Source: a virus
Virus record (IMG/VR): IMGVR_UViG_3300046012_000505
Location: 37,003 to 101,002 of that record
DNA length: 64,000 bases
Direction: 5' to 3' (one strand)
The notes beneath the pieces were generated by a model. It ran no database searches, was not told the DNA's origin, and saw nothing but the letters and a program-made list of their open reading frames with translations. This document shows positions 1-8,823 of the stretch, one piece after another. Position numbers and translations under genes: made by a program. The number at the start of each line of letters is the position of its first letter. Position 1 is the first letter of the stretch.

Positions 1-76
1 CGGACGGCCGGATGATCGGCGACGATGGCGCGTCGTTCGCGACGGCGGGAAGTTCGAATTCGGGTAGGTCGGCCAT
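1..76 (-). CDS. N-terminus of a gene running off the window edge (MADLPESNFPPS...), downstream of terL; possibly portal
   Basis: ATG at 76 preceded by GAGGGG RBS; portal guess is from position only. Confidence 0.4.
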   Translation of the reverse strand, partial: MADLPEFELPAVANDAPSSPIIRPS

Positions 77-93
77 CTATCCCCTCGTCTTCC

Positions 94-345
94 TCACGGC
101 ATAACCGCCATCAACCCCTCGCGGTGCACCGACAGAATGAAATCCCGCTGGCGCAGATCACTGTCCGACAACCCGGTCGCCGCTATCTCCGCCAGCTTCG
201 CCTTCGCCTCATCGACCAGCGCCGGGTTCAAAGCCGCCGCATCGGCAAATGCCGCCGTCACTTTGGCGACCGGTTCCTGAGAAAGCACCTTGGCGCGGTA
301 GTAGCGGCCGAGGAAGTCGTCGAGGGTGACGATAGGCGGAGTCAT
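94..345 (-). CDS. hypothetical phage protein
   Basis: ATG at 345 overlaps the stop of the upstream ORF (ATGA coupling). Confidence 0.6.
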   Translation of the reverse strand: MTPPIVTLDDFLGRYYRAKVLSQEPVAKVTAAFADAAALNPALVDEAKAKLAEIAATGLSDSDLRQRDFILSVHREGLMAVMP

Positions 346-632
346 GCAAACCACCATGCGAGCGCGCGCCTGATCGCCGATTTTCTCGGAACCTTTGTTC
401 TGTCGAGCGTTACCAGCGCAGCATCTCGCACAGCCAGTATCGGACGCCCTCTTGTGGCGACGAGAATGGCATCAAAATCCTCGCGAGGAATTATGACTAG
501 CTGCTGGGGATACTGCAGGTCCGGCCAATGACTGGATACGAGACCGGGAAGGCTGGTATCGAATGTCCTAACCTTGCCTCCGGACTCAGCCACGCCGGCC
601 GATATTTTCACGCTGAGATCGAAGGCGCTCAC
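342..632 (-). CDS. hypothetical phage protein
   Basis: 96-aa ORF coupled by 4-nt overlaps at both ends. Confidence 0.6.
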   Translation of the reverse strand: MSAFDLSVKISAGVAESGGKVRTFDTSLPGLVSSHWPDLQYPQQLVIIPREDFDAILVATRGRPILAVRDAALVTLDRTKVPRKSAIRRALAWWFA

Positions 633-862
633 CGCCTCGCCTCCACCCCAACCGCCTTCCCGCGATCATCGAACGTCGGCCGCACACCGCCCTTGGCGAG
701 CGCCGTCCTGATCGCCGACAGCGCACGCTCGCCGGGCATCCGGTTCCGTCGCTCGAAATTCACCACCGTCGCCGCGCTCAACCGCGAGCGAGTCGCCAAC
801 TCGACTTGCGTCCAGCCAAGCCAGCCACGAGCCGCGCGACACTGTTTGGAGGTGATTATCAT
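629..862 (-). CDS. XRE-family HTH transcriptional regulator
   Basis: ITSKQCRAARGWLGWTQVELATRSRLSAATVVNFE is the typical alphaproteobacterial XRE HTH pattern. Confidence 0.85.
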   Translation of the reverse strand: MIITSKQCRAARGWLGWTQVELATRSRLSAATVVNFERRNRMPGERALSAIRTALAKGGVRPTFDDRGKAVGVEARR

Positions 863-882
863 ATTTTCTAAATACGGCTGTC

Positions 883-897
883 TCCACGCTACGTCAA
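883..897 (-). promoter_or_regulatory. -35-like TTGACG overlapping a degenerate TYCAC-N5-GTGRA operator
   Basis: TCCACGCTACGTCAA; minus strand TTGACGTAGCGTGGA upstream of the XRE gene. Confidence 0.5.
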
Positions 898-939
898 TTA
901 TTTTCTGCCATGCCGCCCGGCCGACCGGCCAGTTCGCCC

Positions 940-2754
940 TCACGTCGGATAGAGCGGCCGCAACCTCTGCGGCACGCGGAACGACTCCTCGTATGCCGCG
1001 TCCTGCTCGTCGTTTCGCACGGCGAGCCCGCGGTCGCGTAGGTGCTGCAGCGCCTGAGTCGCAGTGTCGGTGATGTCACGGCCGCCGCGGGGGAAGATCG
1101 CCATGTCGGAAATCACAGTTTCCGCCCAGGCGGGGTACGCCCAACGATCTTCCTTTGCGATGAACAACTGCGGGGCAAATATAATGCCGTTCGAATACAG
1201 GTGCACGACCGAGTGCGCGCGCGCCACCTTGTCGCCCTTCGGCGTGATGAGCTCGACGCCCCAATCCTCGTTCGCGTACAGGCGCCGCAACTCAGACGCG
1301 ACGTCAAGCCCGTTCGCCTTCGCCTCGATCAGCAGCGTGTCGATCCGATAATTCCTGCACGCATGCACCGTCCACTCGACAATGCCCCAGAACTTCTGCT
1401 GCTCGCGCAACCACTCCCGGCAGGTGTCCGCGTGCTTCATCCCGGTCACCGCCTGGCAGAGGTGGCAGTAGGTCGTCGCGATCTGCGCTTCGTCCGGCAC
1501 CGGCGGCCCGTGCAGCTCGAGGTGCTTCTTCCAGCCATACACCAGCATGATCTTCGACCGCTGGTCATCGTCCAAGCGCACCAACTGGTTCCCGTCCGTG
1601 ATGAGCCGCGGCCCAAGCTTCTTCACGCCCGTGTCGCGCCACACTCCCCAGATCGTCAGCGCGCTCGGATCATTCTCCTGTTTCTCGGTCAGCGCGGTAT
1701 CGAGCGACGCCACCAGATATTCGAAGGGCGGATAGACGATCCGGCCGCCTGAGTCGCGTTCCGGATGATCGAGCGGCGGATAGAGGCCCCACCATTTACG
1801 CTTGAAGATGCCGCCGCCGCGAGGAGCGGGCAGCTGTTGCAGCTGCGCGGCCGCTGCATATTCTCCGATGTCGTTTTTAAGCTTGGCGACGACACTCGAC
1901 GTGAACCGCTCAGGGAACGCGAGATCGCCGTCCTCAGACCGGGGATCTTCCCATGTGCGGGTCGGCTCGCCGTCCTCGTCGACCGCCAGCACCGTCACAC
2001 AGCGGCGGGCGCTGTCGTACTCCATGGGGACCATGTAGTAGACGTAGTCCATTTCTTTCGAGAGAATGGTGCCGGTCACATCGCTTTCGTGCGTTCTCTG
2101 CTGGATGACTACGATCGCGCTTTCTTCCGGGTCGTTGATGCGAGTTGGCACCACCTCGGTGAACCAACGATTGGTCTCATTGCGAACCACATCGGACTCA
2201 ACGGACTTGATAGAATTTGGATCGTCCGCGATGACGCGATCTCCGCGCTCCCCAGTGCCGACACCCCCGACGCTTGATGCCAATTTCCAGCCAGATTTGT
2301 TGTTCTCCGGCTTGGTAACGGTGTCGCGCGTGACCTCGAAACGATCACCCCAGAGTTTCTGAAATTCCGGCGAGCGGATGACCTGCAAAAACTTGCCGTT
2401 GTCTCGGACAGTGAGTCCCTGCGAATACGACGCGGCGAGATACCGCATCGACGGCATGTTGCGCGGGCCCCATTCCCACGCCGGCCAGAACACGGATGAA
2501 CTCAAGCTCTTGAGAAAGCCTGGCGGCACCCCAAGGAGAAGCCGCTTTATGTGCCCATCCGTCACGGCGGTCAGGTGCTCGCACAACCCATCAATCGCCC
2601 AGCCGCGGACGAACTCGCGTTCCGGCTCGACGACATGCCATAGGTGCGCGATGAACTCGACAAGCGACGCCTCACACCGCGCCTTGATCTCCGCCCGCCG
2701 TTCGAGCTCGTCGCGGACAAGCTGGCGGAGTGACGCGCGGTCGGCCCGGATCAT
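940..2754 (-). CDS. terL: phage terminase large subunit
   Basis: Walker A-like PPGFLKS, Walker B IADDP, VIQQR coupling motif, RNase H-like nuclease acids (SLDTA, IEAKANG, DITDTATQAL). Confidence 0.93.
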   Translation of the reverse strand: MIRADRASLRQLVRDELERRAEIKARCEASLVEFIAHLWHVVEPEREFVRGWAIDGLCEHLTAVTDGHIKRLLLGVPPGFLKSLSSSVFWPAWEWGPRNMPSMRYLAASYSQGLTVRDNGKFLQVIRSPEFQKLWGDRFEVTRDTVTKPENNKSGWKLASSVGGVGTGERGDRVIADDPNSIKSVESDVVRNETNRWFTEVVPTRINDPEESAIVVIQQRTHESDVTGTILSKEMDYVYYMVPMEYDSARRCVTVLAVDEDGEPTRTWEDPRSEDGDLAFPERFTSSVVAKLKNDIGEYAAAAQLQQLPAPRGGGIFKRKWWGLYPPLDHPERDSGGRIVYPPFEYLVASLDTALTEKQENDPSALTIWGVWRDTGVKKLGPRLITDGNQLVRLDDDQRSKIMLVYGWKKHLELHGPPVPDEAQIATTYCHLCQAVTGMKHADTCREWLREQQKFWGIVEWTVHACRNYRIDTLLIEAKANGLDVASELRRLYANEDWGVELITPKGDKVARAHSVVHLYSNGIIFAPQLFIAKEDRWAYPAWAETVISDMAIFPRGGRDITDTATQALQHLRDRGLAVRNDEQDAAYEESFRVPQRLRPLYPT

Positions 2755-3251
2755 TTAGGCGAGAACCCAGCCGGCGGCGGGTCCGGTTGCTCGTCGACCT
2801 CGCTGTATTCCGTCTCGTCCAGCTCGAGCAGCATGTGCTCGAGTTGTTCCGTCGGCATCTGGTCGAGCGATGGAAAGGTGATTTCCTTCCGCTGGACGAA
2901 GTGGCCTTTGAACTTGCCGATTAGCTCGATGGCAGAGAGGGCGGGTTTGTGCATGCCGGCCTGCGCCGCGGCGACGTAGGTCTTCCACGCCTCCTTCATC
3001 AACCGGTTCGGCGTCATCTCCGTCGGGTCGAGATCGGCGTCGACAGGCGCCGCCGGCGCCGGCACGACGATCTGCCGCTCAGCGCGTATCTCGTCGACGC
3101 GGGCGATCACCTGGCCCCAATACGGGCCAGCCTTGATGCCGTCGAGCGCGCCGGCCGAGAAGCCGGACAGCCGCACAGCCTCCGTCTCGCTCTGCCCCTC
3201 AGCGAGAAGGGCGGCGAGATTTTCGTATTTTGGATAGGGAATCTCCGCCAT
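2751..3251 (-). CDS. terS: probable terminase small subunit
   Basis: Directly upstream of terL with ATGA overlap; N-terminal HTH-like segment and ALSAIELIGKFKGHF motif common in TerS. Confidence 0.7.
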   Translation of the reverse strand: MAEIPYPKYENLAALLAEGQSETEAVRLSGFSAGALDGIKAGPYWGQVIARVDEIRAERQIVVPAPAAPVDADLDPTEMTPNRLMKEAWKTYVAAAQAGMHKPALSAIELIGKFKGHFVQRKEITFPSLDQMPTEQLEHMLLELDETEYSEVDEQPDPPPAGFSPK

Positions 3252-3271
3252 GACAGCAGGATAGCGGAAAC

Positions 3272-3286
3272 TCCACGGACCGTGAA
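3272..3286. promoter_or_regulatory. operator palindrome TYCAC-N5-GTGRA
   Basis: TCCACGGACCGTGAA, 20 bp upstream of terS. Confidence 0.65.
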
Positions 3287-3297
3287 GTAGGCGCCGA

Positions 3298-3495
3298 TCA
3301 GCGGACTCGGACCATCACCTCGTTCACTACCCCGCCAGCAGCCCACACCGCGACCGGCTCACCCTGGAACAGCAGACGCCAGCCGCGTCGCCCACCCTCA
3401 TCGAAGGACCGTTGCTGGAGGATCGGGAGCTCGCGCTTGATGCGGTGGAAGTCCTCCACCGTGCGCCGGACCCAGTGAGGCGCTTGGTCGGTCAT
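3298..3495 (-). CDS. hypothetical protein
   Basis: ATG at 3495 overlaps J-domain gene stop. Confidence 0.5.
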   Translation of the reverse strand: MTDQAPHWVRRTVEDFHRIKRELPILQQRSFDEGGRRGWRLLFQGEPVAVWAAGGVVNEVMVRVR

Positions 3496-4145
3496 CGGGT
3501 GGCCGGCGAGGTGAACCGCGGCCATATCTGCATGGTGATCGGCTCGGGCGGCGGCGGAGGATCGACGCGGAAATCGTAGTCGCCGAGCGCGAGAATCGCG
3601 GCGTCCACGGTTTTCTCAGTGGCAGTCATGGCGGCAAGCTGGGTGTCGATCGCCACCATCCTCGACAGCACGATCTCGCCGAGGCGGTTCGGGCGGCCAG
3701 GCTTCGCGGTGATCCTCTCGGCGAGCGCGGCCCAATTCGGCCGCGAGTCGATCAGGCCGGCGCGGTGCTTATCGAGGTGTTCGCGTTGTGCGCGGATATG
3801 CTTGAACATGACCTTGATGAGGTCCGTCCGCGCCACGGCCTGCACGCCGCCTGTCTTGGCGATCTCCTGCAGCGCGGCGTCCAGCGCGTTCGACAGCATG
3901 CCCATCAGGGCGACGTGCGAGTTATCGACCGCCGTCGGATCGATGGCGCCAGTCGCGTCGTATTTCGCGCGGCGAGCCTCGTCCGTCAGCACGTCGTGCG
4001 CGAGCTTGATGCGATCGAATACCTCAGCGTCGCCACCGACGTCGGGATGCGCCTTCTTGGCGAGCCGGCGGTACGCCGTGCGGACCTGCGCGGTCGTGGC
4101 ATCGCGGGGCAGGCCGAGGAGCGCGTAGGGGTCGAGCGGACTCAC
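3492..4145 (-). CDS. J-domain (DnaJ-like) protein
   Basis: DPYALLGL...AYRRLAKKAHPDVGG...RRAKYD with intact HPD motif. Confidence 0.92.
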   Translation of the reverse strand: MSPLDPYALLGLPRDATTAQVRTAYRRLAKKAHPDVGGDAEVFDRIKLAHDVLTDEARRAKYDATGAIDPTAVDNSHVALMGMLSNALDAALQEIAKTGGVQAVARTDLIKVMFKHIRAQREHLDKHRAGLIDSRPNWAALAERITAKPGRPNRLGEIVLSRMVAIDTQLAAMTATEKTVDAAILALGDYDFRVDPPPPPEPITMQIWPRFTSPATR

Positions 4146-4393
4146 TTCCCCGGCTGCTTCCTGCCGGCCGCGGCGTATGCGTAGTCGAGCACGCCGGGGT
4201 TTACGTAGCCCGCTATCCTGGCCACTTCCATGGCGCCCAGCAGCAGGTCCAGCGTCCTGCGAACATCGTCGCGCTCGCGTGCGAACTGAGCGGCCTTACC
4301 GACGTGATCCCGGCAAATCCGCTCGTGGCTCGACCGCGTCATCATCGCGACCGGTCGCTTGGTGCTGGCCTTCTTGGTCGGCTTCATGCTCAT
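4142..4393 (-). CDS. hypothetical protein
   Basis: Coupled ORF in operon. Confidence 0.5.
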   Translation of the reverse strand: MSMKPTKKASTKRPVAMMTRSSHERICRDHVGKAAQFARERDDVRRTLDLLLGAMEVARIAGYVNPGVLDYAYAAAGRKQPGK

Positions 4394-4875
4394 CCGGCAA
4401 AATCCGTGTCGAACACCGCCGCGCACCCCGCGCAGAGGAACAGATGCGTTGGACGCGGTCGGATCGCTGGAATGTCGCTGTCACTCGTGCCGTGACGCAA
4501 CTCCACGCCTTCCGGCACTGGACGCGTCTTCACGTTGTCGTAGCGAACCTGACCGCCGTGCATGTCGCAGAGAACGAAGGCGCGATACGAGGCGGGCTGC
4601 GGCTGCGGGGCGAGCCCCTTCCTCGCCAACTCGACGAGCGCCATGATCGTCGGCGGATCGGCGAGCCCGACGTGCAGCATGAGAGCGCGGCGGTCATCCG
4701 GGCTGAACGCGAAATGAGAGTTGAGCGTGTCGCACACCGGGCCGTCCGCGCAGACCACCTGCCGATCGTCAGGCCAGTCGGGCATGCTGTCATCCAGCCA
4801 TCCGCCCGGCGCGACCTTGTCGGCGGCAGTCGCCGCGGCGGCGAGCTTGTCGAGTAGTTCGGCGGTTATCGTCAT
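4390..4875 (-). CDS. Ead/Ea22-like phage protein with C-terminal Cys/His motif
   Basis: LDKLAAAATAA...W...HVGLADPPTIMALVELAR pattern. Confidence 0.55.
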   Translation of the reverse strand: MTITAELLDKLAAAATAADKVAPGGWLDDSMPDWPDDRQVVCADGPVCDTLNSHFAFSPDDRRALMLHVGLADPPTIMALVELARKGLAPQPQPASYRAFVLCDMHGGQVRYDNVKTRPVPEGVELRHGTSDSDIPAIRPRPTHLFLCAGCAAVFDTDFAG

Positions 4876-5321
4876 GCCGGCGGCTCCAACTGCAGCACGT
4901 CCACCTCGCCACCGCAGTGGGCGCTGTACCTGATCGCGACGTCGACGGCTTGCACGGCGCTCGCGCCCATGGCCAGCGCGCCGTAGGCCACCTTCTCCCC
5001 GATGCCGATGGCGTAGAATGGCGCGACGGTGCGGAATGGATTCCCAAATTCGTCGACGAAGAAAACATCGCCGCACGGTCTCGCAATGATTGCCTCGAAG
5101 CTGATGTCGTTTTCTTCGATCTTGAACCGACTGCCGAGGTCGGCATACGGCGAACGAACCCATGCGAGATATCTCTCGCCAATCCCTGCTCTGCCGCATA
5201 CGCCAACGACAGAGCCATCGGCCGCCCGCGCGATCTTCGATGTCGATCCGACGAGGACGTCGCCGCCCCACAGCGCTGTGTCGGCTGCGAGCACGCCAGC
5301 CCGATAGCAGACTATCGTCAC
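4872..5321 (-). CDS. HslV/proteasome beta-subunit-like Ntn hydrolase
   Basis: N-terminal Thr, GVLAADT, KI, FYAIGxG...GALAMGASAVQAVDVA...CGG. Confidence 0.8.
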   Translation of the reverse strand: MTIVCYRAGVLAADTALWGGDVLVGSTSKIARAADGSVVGVCGRAGIGERYLAWVRSPYADLGSRFKIEENDISFEAIIARPCGDVFFVDEFGNPFRTVAPFYAIGIGEKVAYGALAMGASAVQAVDVAIRYSAHCGGEVDVLQLEPPA

Positions 5322-5494
5322 CGCCGCTCCTCCTTCGCCCTCATCCGCGCGTCATCCGCCATGTCGGCGAGTCGGTCGCGCATCGCCGGGTACGCCCGCT
5401 CGGATGCGATCTCCTCGGCAAGGTCATCGGGGCATCCGGCATCAACCAACTTGTTTCGGATGCGATCGTATTCGGCGATGTAGAGGTCTTTCAC
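5318..5494 (-). CDS. hypothetical protein
   Basis: GTG start with GAGGG RBS; coupled overlaps. Confidence 0.55.
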   Translation of the reverse strand: MKDLYIAEYDRIRNKLVDAGCPDDLAEEIASERAYPAMRDRLADMADDARMRAKEERR

Positions 5495-5655
5495 TTCGCC
5501 GCCCTCCCCTTCGCCGCATCCGCCCGCAGCTTCCTCATGAAGGCGCGATACCGGCAGAGCGCGCAGCAGAACCGCTTGCTGGCGACGCGCTTGGGGAACT
5601 TGTCGCCGCACTCGGCGCATGTGCCGCTGGGGTATCGACGCGCCGGCACGCTCAT
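5491..5655 (-). CDS. small zinc-finger protein
   Basis: CAECG...RFCCALCR. Confidence 0.6.
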   Translation of the reverse strand: MSVPARRYPSGTCAECGDKFPKRVASKRFCCALCRYRAFMRKLRADAAKGRAAK

Positions 5656-5825
5656 AGGGTCAGCAGCCACAGGACGCCGATCGCAACGATCGCAATATCG
5701 GTGAAGATGCCAGCGGCCCACGCGTTCAGCCATCGGGCGCTGCGCTTTGCCAAGCATCCGGGCACGAATATAGGGAACGGGTAAAACGTCACCCCGGCGA
5801 GGAAGCCGCGCACTCGCTCGGTCAT
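5652..5825 (-). CDS. small membrane protein
   Basis: C-terminal hydrophobic helix; ATGA coupling. Confidence 0.5.
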   Translation of the reverse strand: MTERVRGFLAGVTFYPFPIFVPGCLAKRSARWLNAWAAGIFTDIAIVAIGVLWLLTL

Positions 5826-5947
5826 ATGAGTGCACAGAGAACGAATAACGGGAGTGCGAAGATCAACACTCCCCCGACCGGTGACCACGCGATCGCAGCG
5901 AAGGCGAGCGCGAGTCCCGCGATGGCAATACCCTTACCGACCGTCAC
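5822..5947 (-). CDS. 41-aa hydrophobic membrane peptide (not in ORF track)
   Basis: VTVGKGIAIAGLALAFAAIAWSPVGGVLIFALPLFVLCALI; GTG overlaps the ACP stop and its stop overlaps the next ATG. Confidence 0.55.
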   Translation of the reverse strand: MTVGKGIAIAGLALAFAAIAWSPVGGVLIFALPLFVLCALI

Positions 5948-6201
5948 GCCACCTTCTCCGCGACCTTCCGCTCGACCAGCGCAACCACATCGCTGACGAG
6001 CGCCTTCGCCGGCGGCACATCCGTGATGTCGTCCATCTCGATGCCGAACTCATCCTCGAGCGCCATGGCGAGGTCGACACCGTCGAGGCTGTCGGCGTTG
6101 AGGTCGTCGCGAAGTCGCGCGCTGGCTGTCACGCGCTCGACGTCGACGCCCAGCCGGTCGGCCAGCACGTCGCGCACCCGGTCGGCGATCGACGCGCTCA
6201 T
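5944..6201 (-). CDS. acpP: acyl carrier protein (copy 1)
   Basis: DLNADSLDGVDLAMALEDEFGIEM with phosphopantetheine-accepting Ser. Confidence 0.9.
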   Translation of the reverse strand: MSASIADRVRDVLADRLGVDVERVTASARLRDDLNADSLDGVDLAMALEDEFGIEMDDITDVPPAKALVSDVVALVERKVAEKVA

Positions 6202-6887
6202 GCGATGGGCGTCCAGCCGAAGCCGAGCACCGCCGTCGGGAACGGCTTGTGGACGCGCCGCGGCTCCTCGTCGGGGATCGGGGGCTTGGCGGGGCGCATG
6301 GGGACGAGGACGTTGTCACGCTCCACTGCGTCGTCGGCGAGAGACTGGGTGACCGGCGGGGCCGGGCGCCATGCGGCGAGCTCGGCGTGTAGAGCGTCGA
6401 TGATATGGTCACGCTCCAGCACGGCAGCGCGCAGATCGCGGTTCGCGCCCTCCAACTGCTCGACGCGCTGGTCGGCCGCCCGCTCGCTGCGCACCAAGGC
6501 GTCGAGATCGCCGCGCGAGATGGTGACGGAGTCGGCGGCATGCCCGCCCAGCAGCTTCGCCGCCACCTCGGCGCGGAGCAATTCGGTCTGATAGGTCGCC
6601 GGCGAGCCGTTCTTGAAGCGCTCCCACTCGGCATCGCTGTACACGAACCGGCTCGCGGCATCCCGCATCGCCCGGGCGACAGCCTCCAAATTCGCCGACG
6701 CCGGCTCTCGCCACAACCCGGTATACCGACTTGGCATGGGATCCAGCTTCACCTGCGTCTCACGGTCGCCCCGCATATCGCCGGCATGCCCGCTAGCGCA
6801 CCGCTCCGCATGCACCCCGTACTGCCCGCAGAACACGCAGAACGGCCCCGCCTGCTTCTGGAACTGCGCACCATCGGTGGTCGTCAT
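6198..6887 (-). CDS. hypothetical protein, N-terminal CxxC-H-C motif and coiled coil
   Basis: 229-aa coupled ORF. Confidence 0.6.
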   Translation of the reverse strand: MTTTDGAQFQKQAGPFCVFCGQYGVHAERCASGHAGDMRGDRETQVKLDPMPSRYTGLWREPASANLEAVARAMRDAASRFVYSDAEWERFKNGSPATYQTELLRAEVAAKLLGGHAADSVTISRGDLDALVRSERAADQRVEQLEGANRDLRAAVLERDHIIDALHAELAAWRPAPPVTQSLADDAVERDNVLVPMRPAKPPIPDEEPRRVHKPFPTAVLGFGWTPIA

Positions 6888-7165
6888 CCGCCTGCCTCCC
6901 TGTCCGCCGCTACCTCGCGCATATCGGCCGCCACCTCGATCGCCCGCGCGTCACGATCCAACCGATCGTAATCCGCAATCACCTTCGCGATCCGGCTGAT
7001 CGTTGCTAGCCGCGCCATCGGGTTTGGCGACCCGAGGCCGAGGTGTTCGATCACAGTTACCGCACGCTCCCAGGCATTATGCCGAGCGTGCGGCCGATGA
7101 CCCGTTGGGTAAGGCAGGGGGAAGTCTGGGATCGGCGAATCTGAGATGACGCTGTGCTTGTTCAT
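6884..7165 (-). CDS. hypothetical protein
   Basis: Coupled ORF. Confidence 0.5.
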   Translation of the reverse strand: MNKHSVISDSPIPDFPLPYPTGHRPHARHNAWERAVTVIEHLGLGSPNPMARLATISRIAKVIADYDRLDRDARAIEVAADMREVAADREAGG

Positions 7166-7365
7166 GCGGCGGTCTTTCGCTTGCCGCGGCGCAGCCATGG
7201 CGGGATGCGCGAGGCAGCGAGGAAGTCGCGACGGCTCATCCCGCGATGCACGGTCATGGAATGCGTCGCGCCATCGATGCGGCCGATCGTCTTGATCTCC
7301 TTCGGATAGCCCTTCGCGCGGAGGATCACGTTGACGCTGTTTTTCTTTCCGGGTCCCGTTCTCAT
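7162..7365 (-). CDS. small basic protein
   Basis: First ORF downstream of the operator at 7381. Confidence 0.55.
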   Translation of the reverse strand: MRTGPGKKNSVNVILRAKGYPKEIKTIGRIDGATHSMTVHRGMSRRDFLAASRIPPWLRRGKRKTAA

Positions 7366-7380
7366 CTTCGCTTCACCGAC

Positions 7381-7395
7381 TCCACGTTACGTGGA
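7381..7395. promoter_or_regulatory. operator palindrome TYCAC-N5-GTGRA
   Basis: TCCACGTTACGTGGA in intergenic gap. Confidence 0.7.
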
Positions 7396-7452
7396 TTTCC
7401 TACCTACGCCCATCGCCATCCGTTTGCAACGGGCATTTTCTCACCCGCTCAA

Positions 7453-7680
7453 TTATTCGACGAACGGACCGCCGTATATGCAGCGACCGGCCGCGCTATC
7501 GTGCCAGCACACAGAGCACGCCGCGCACCTGACGGCTCGATACCGCGGCGGCCCATACGGCAGGACGGGACTCAGCAGCCGACCCACCCGCACCGGCCGC
7601 GATCCTGGCAGCCAGTATCGCACCTCGTCGATTGGCACGCCGATCAGCGGGACACCGCGAGAGTCGACGGGTGAGGTCAC
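7453..7680 (-). CDS. hypothetical Cys-rich protein
   Basis: CAACSVC...C; coupled start. Confidence 0.4.
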   Translation of the reverse strand: MTSPVDSRGVPLIGVPIDEVRYWLPGSRPVRVGRLLSPVLPYGPPRYRAVRCAACSVCWHDSAAGRCIYGGPFVE

Positions 7681-8063
7681 CCCCACAGAACCCGCCGTAT
7701 CTGCACATCGATCTCATATTTCGCGCGCAACCGCTCGAGCTGTTTTCGCGCCTTCCACGCCGGCGACGGCGACCGCAAGCATGCAATGTCGGGATCAAGT
7801 CCACCGACGCGCACCGCCGCCATTCGATAAGCCTCCGAATGCGCCTGCTCGCGCAGTCGGTCGAGTTGTTTTCCCAATGCCTGACCGATACCCCCGTAGT
7901 ACTGCTGGGGTATCGGCGCCGGCGGCTCACCGAGAGCGCCAGCCGCCGACACGGCCGTCGTCGCCCGCGCCAACACGGACGGCAGCGCCGACGCCACGCT
8001 TGGCAGCGTAACCGGAGCCGCGCCGAGCAGCTTCATGATCGACCGTCTCGTCAGCGCCATCAT
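7677..8063 (-). CDS. hypothetical protein with twin-arginine signal-like N-terminus
   Basis: MMALTRRSIMKLLGAAPV. Confidence 0.6.
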   Translation of the reverse strand: MMALTRRSIMKLLGAAPVTLPSVASALPSVLARATTAVSAAGALGEPPAPIPQQYYGGIGQALGKQLDRLREQAHSEAYRMAAVRVGGLDPDIACLRSPSPAWKARKQLERLRAKYEIDVQIRRVLWG

Positions 8064-8221
8064 CGGCAAATCTTCTCCGCTATGTGCCACACCGAAGCAC
8101 CGATCAACATGAGCAGAATCCCGCGCACAAGGCCAACGTGCTCGCCGCCCCAGTCCAGCGCGACCCAGAACGCCAACGCGCAGACCACCTGGACCGCTAC
8201 CCATCCGATGCGCGCCATCAT
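8060..8221 (-). CDS. small two-helix membrane protein (not in ORF track)
   Basis: MMARIGWVAVQVVCALAFWVALDWGGEHVGLVRGILLMLIGASVWHIAEKICR; coupled at both ends. Confidence 0.5.
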   Translation of the reverse strand: MMARIGWVAVQVVCALAFWVALDWGGEHVGLVRGILLMLIGASVWHIAEKICR

Positions 8222-8325
8222 CGCTTACCTCGCCACCAAGCGGCCAGCCAGGCGACACCGCCGGCCGCCAGCCACACAGCCCCGCTGACGCCAAGCACCC
8301 AGAGCAGGGACCAGAGCCAGATCAC
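8218..8325 (-). CDS. 35-aa Trp-rich membrane peptide (not in ORF track)
   Basis: VIWLWSLLWVLGVSGAVWLAAGGVAWLAAWWRGKR; coupled at both ends. Confidence 0.45.
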   Translation of the reverse strand: MIWLWSLLWVLGVSGAVWLAAGGVAWLAAWWRGKR

Positions 8326-8822
8326 GCCGACCACGCCCGGTTCACCCACACGTCGCTCATCACGTCATGAACCCAATCCGCCGACCGCTCGATGAACAGC
8401 CGCGTCGGTCCCGGCAATCTCAGCAGGTCGACCGCCGACACATTCGGCAGCCGGCTCACCGCATCGATGGTCAGCGTCTCGTACGGCACGGCGAGCTCGT
8501 CGGTAGCCGTGTCGACGGCCAGTGCGTCGCTCGGGTCGTCGACCCACGACAGGTTTCCGCGCTCGTCCAGCGCCAGCGCCCCAGACAGCGTCGCCCATGT
8601 CGTCAGATCGCCAACCCGCGACCAATCCACCATCTTCGGAACCGTCTCGCCGAACAGAACCATCGGCGCGTCGCTGAACCGCACGTCCACCCGCTCGGCC
8701 GCGATCTCAAGCGGCACGATCCGCGACCGGTGGGCCGGCTCAGGCACCGGGCCGTTCACCCGACGTCCAAACACGGTCGTCAACCACGCGCGTTCGCCAG
8801 CCGTCAGCCCTTCGTCCGCCAT
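8322..8822 (-). CDS. hypothetical protein
   Basis: ATG at 8822 with GGAGG RBS. Confidence 0.6.
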   Translation of the reverse strand: MADEGLTAGERAWLTTVFGRRVNGPVPEPAHRSRIVPLEIAAERVDVRFSDAPMVLFGETVPKMVDWSRVGDLTTWATLSGALALDERGNLSWVDDPSDALAVDTATDELAVPYETLTIDAVSRLPNVSAVDLLRLPGPTRLFIERSADWVHDVMSDVWVNRAWSA

Positions 8823-8823
8823 A

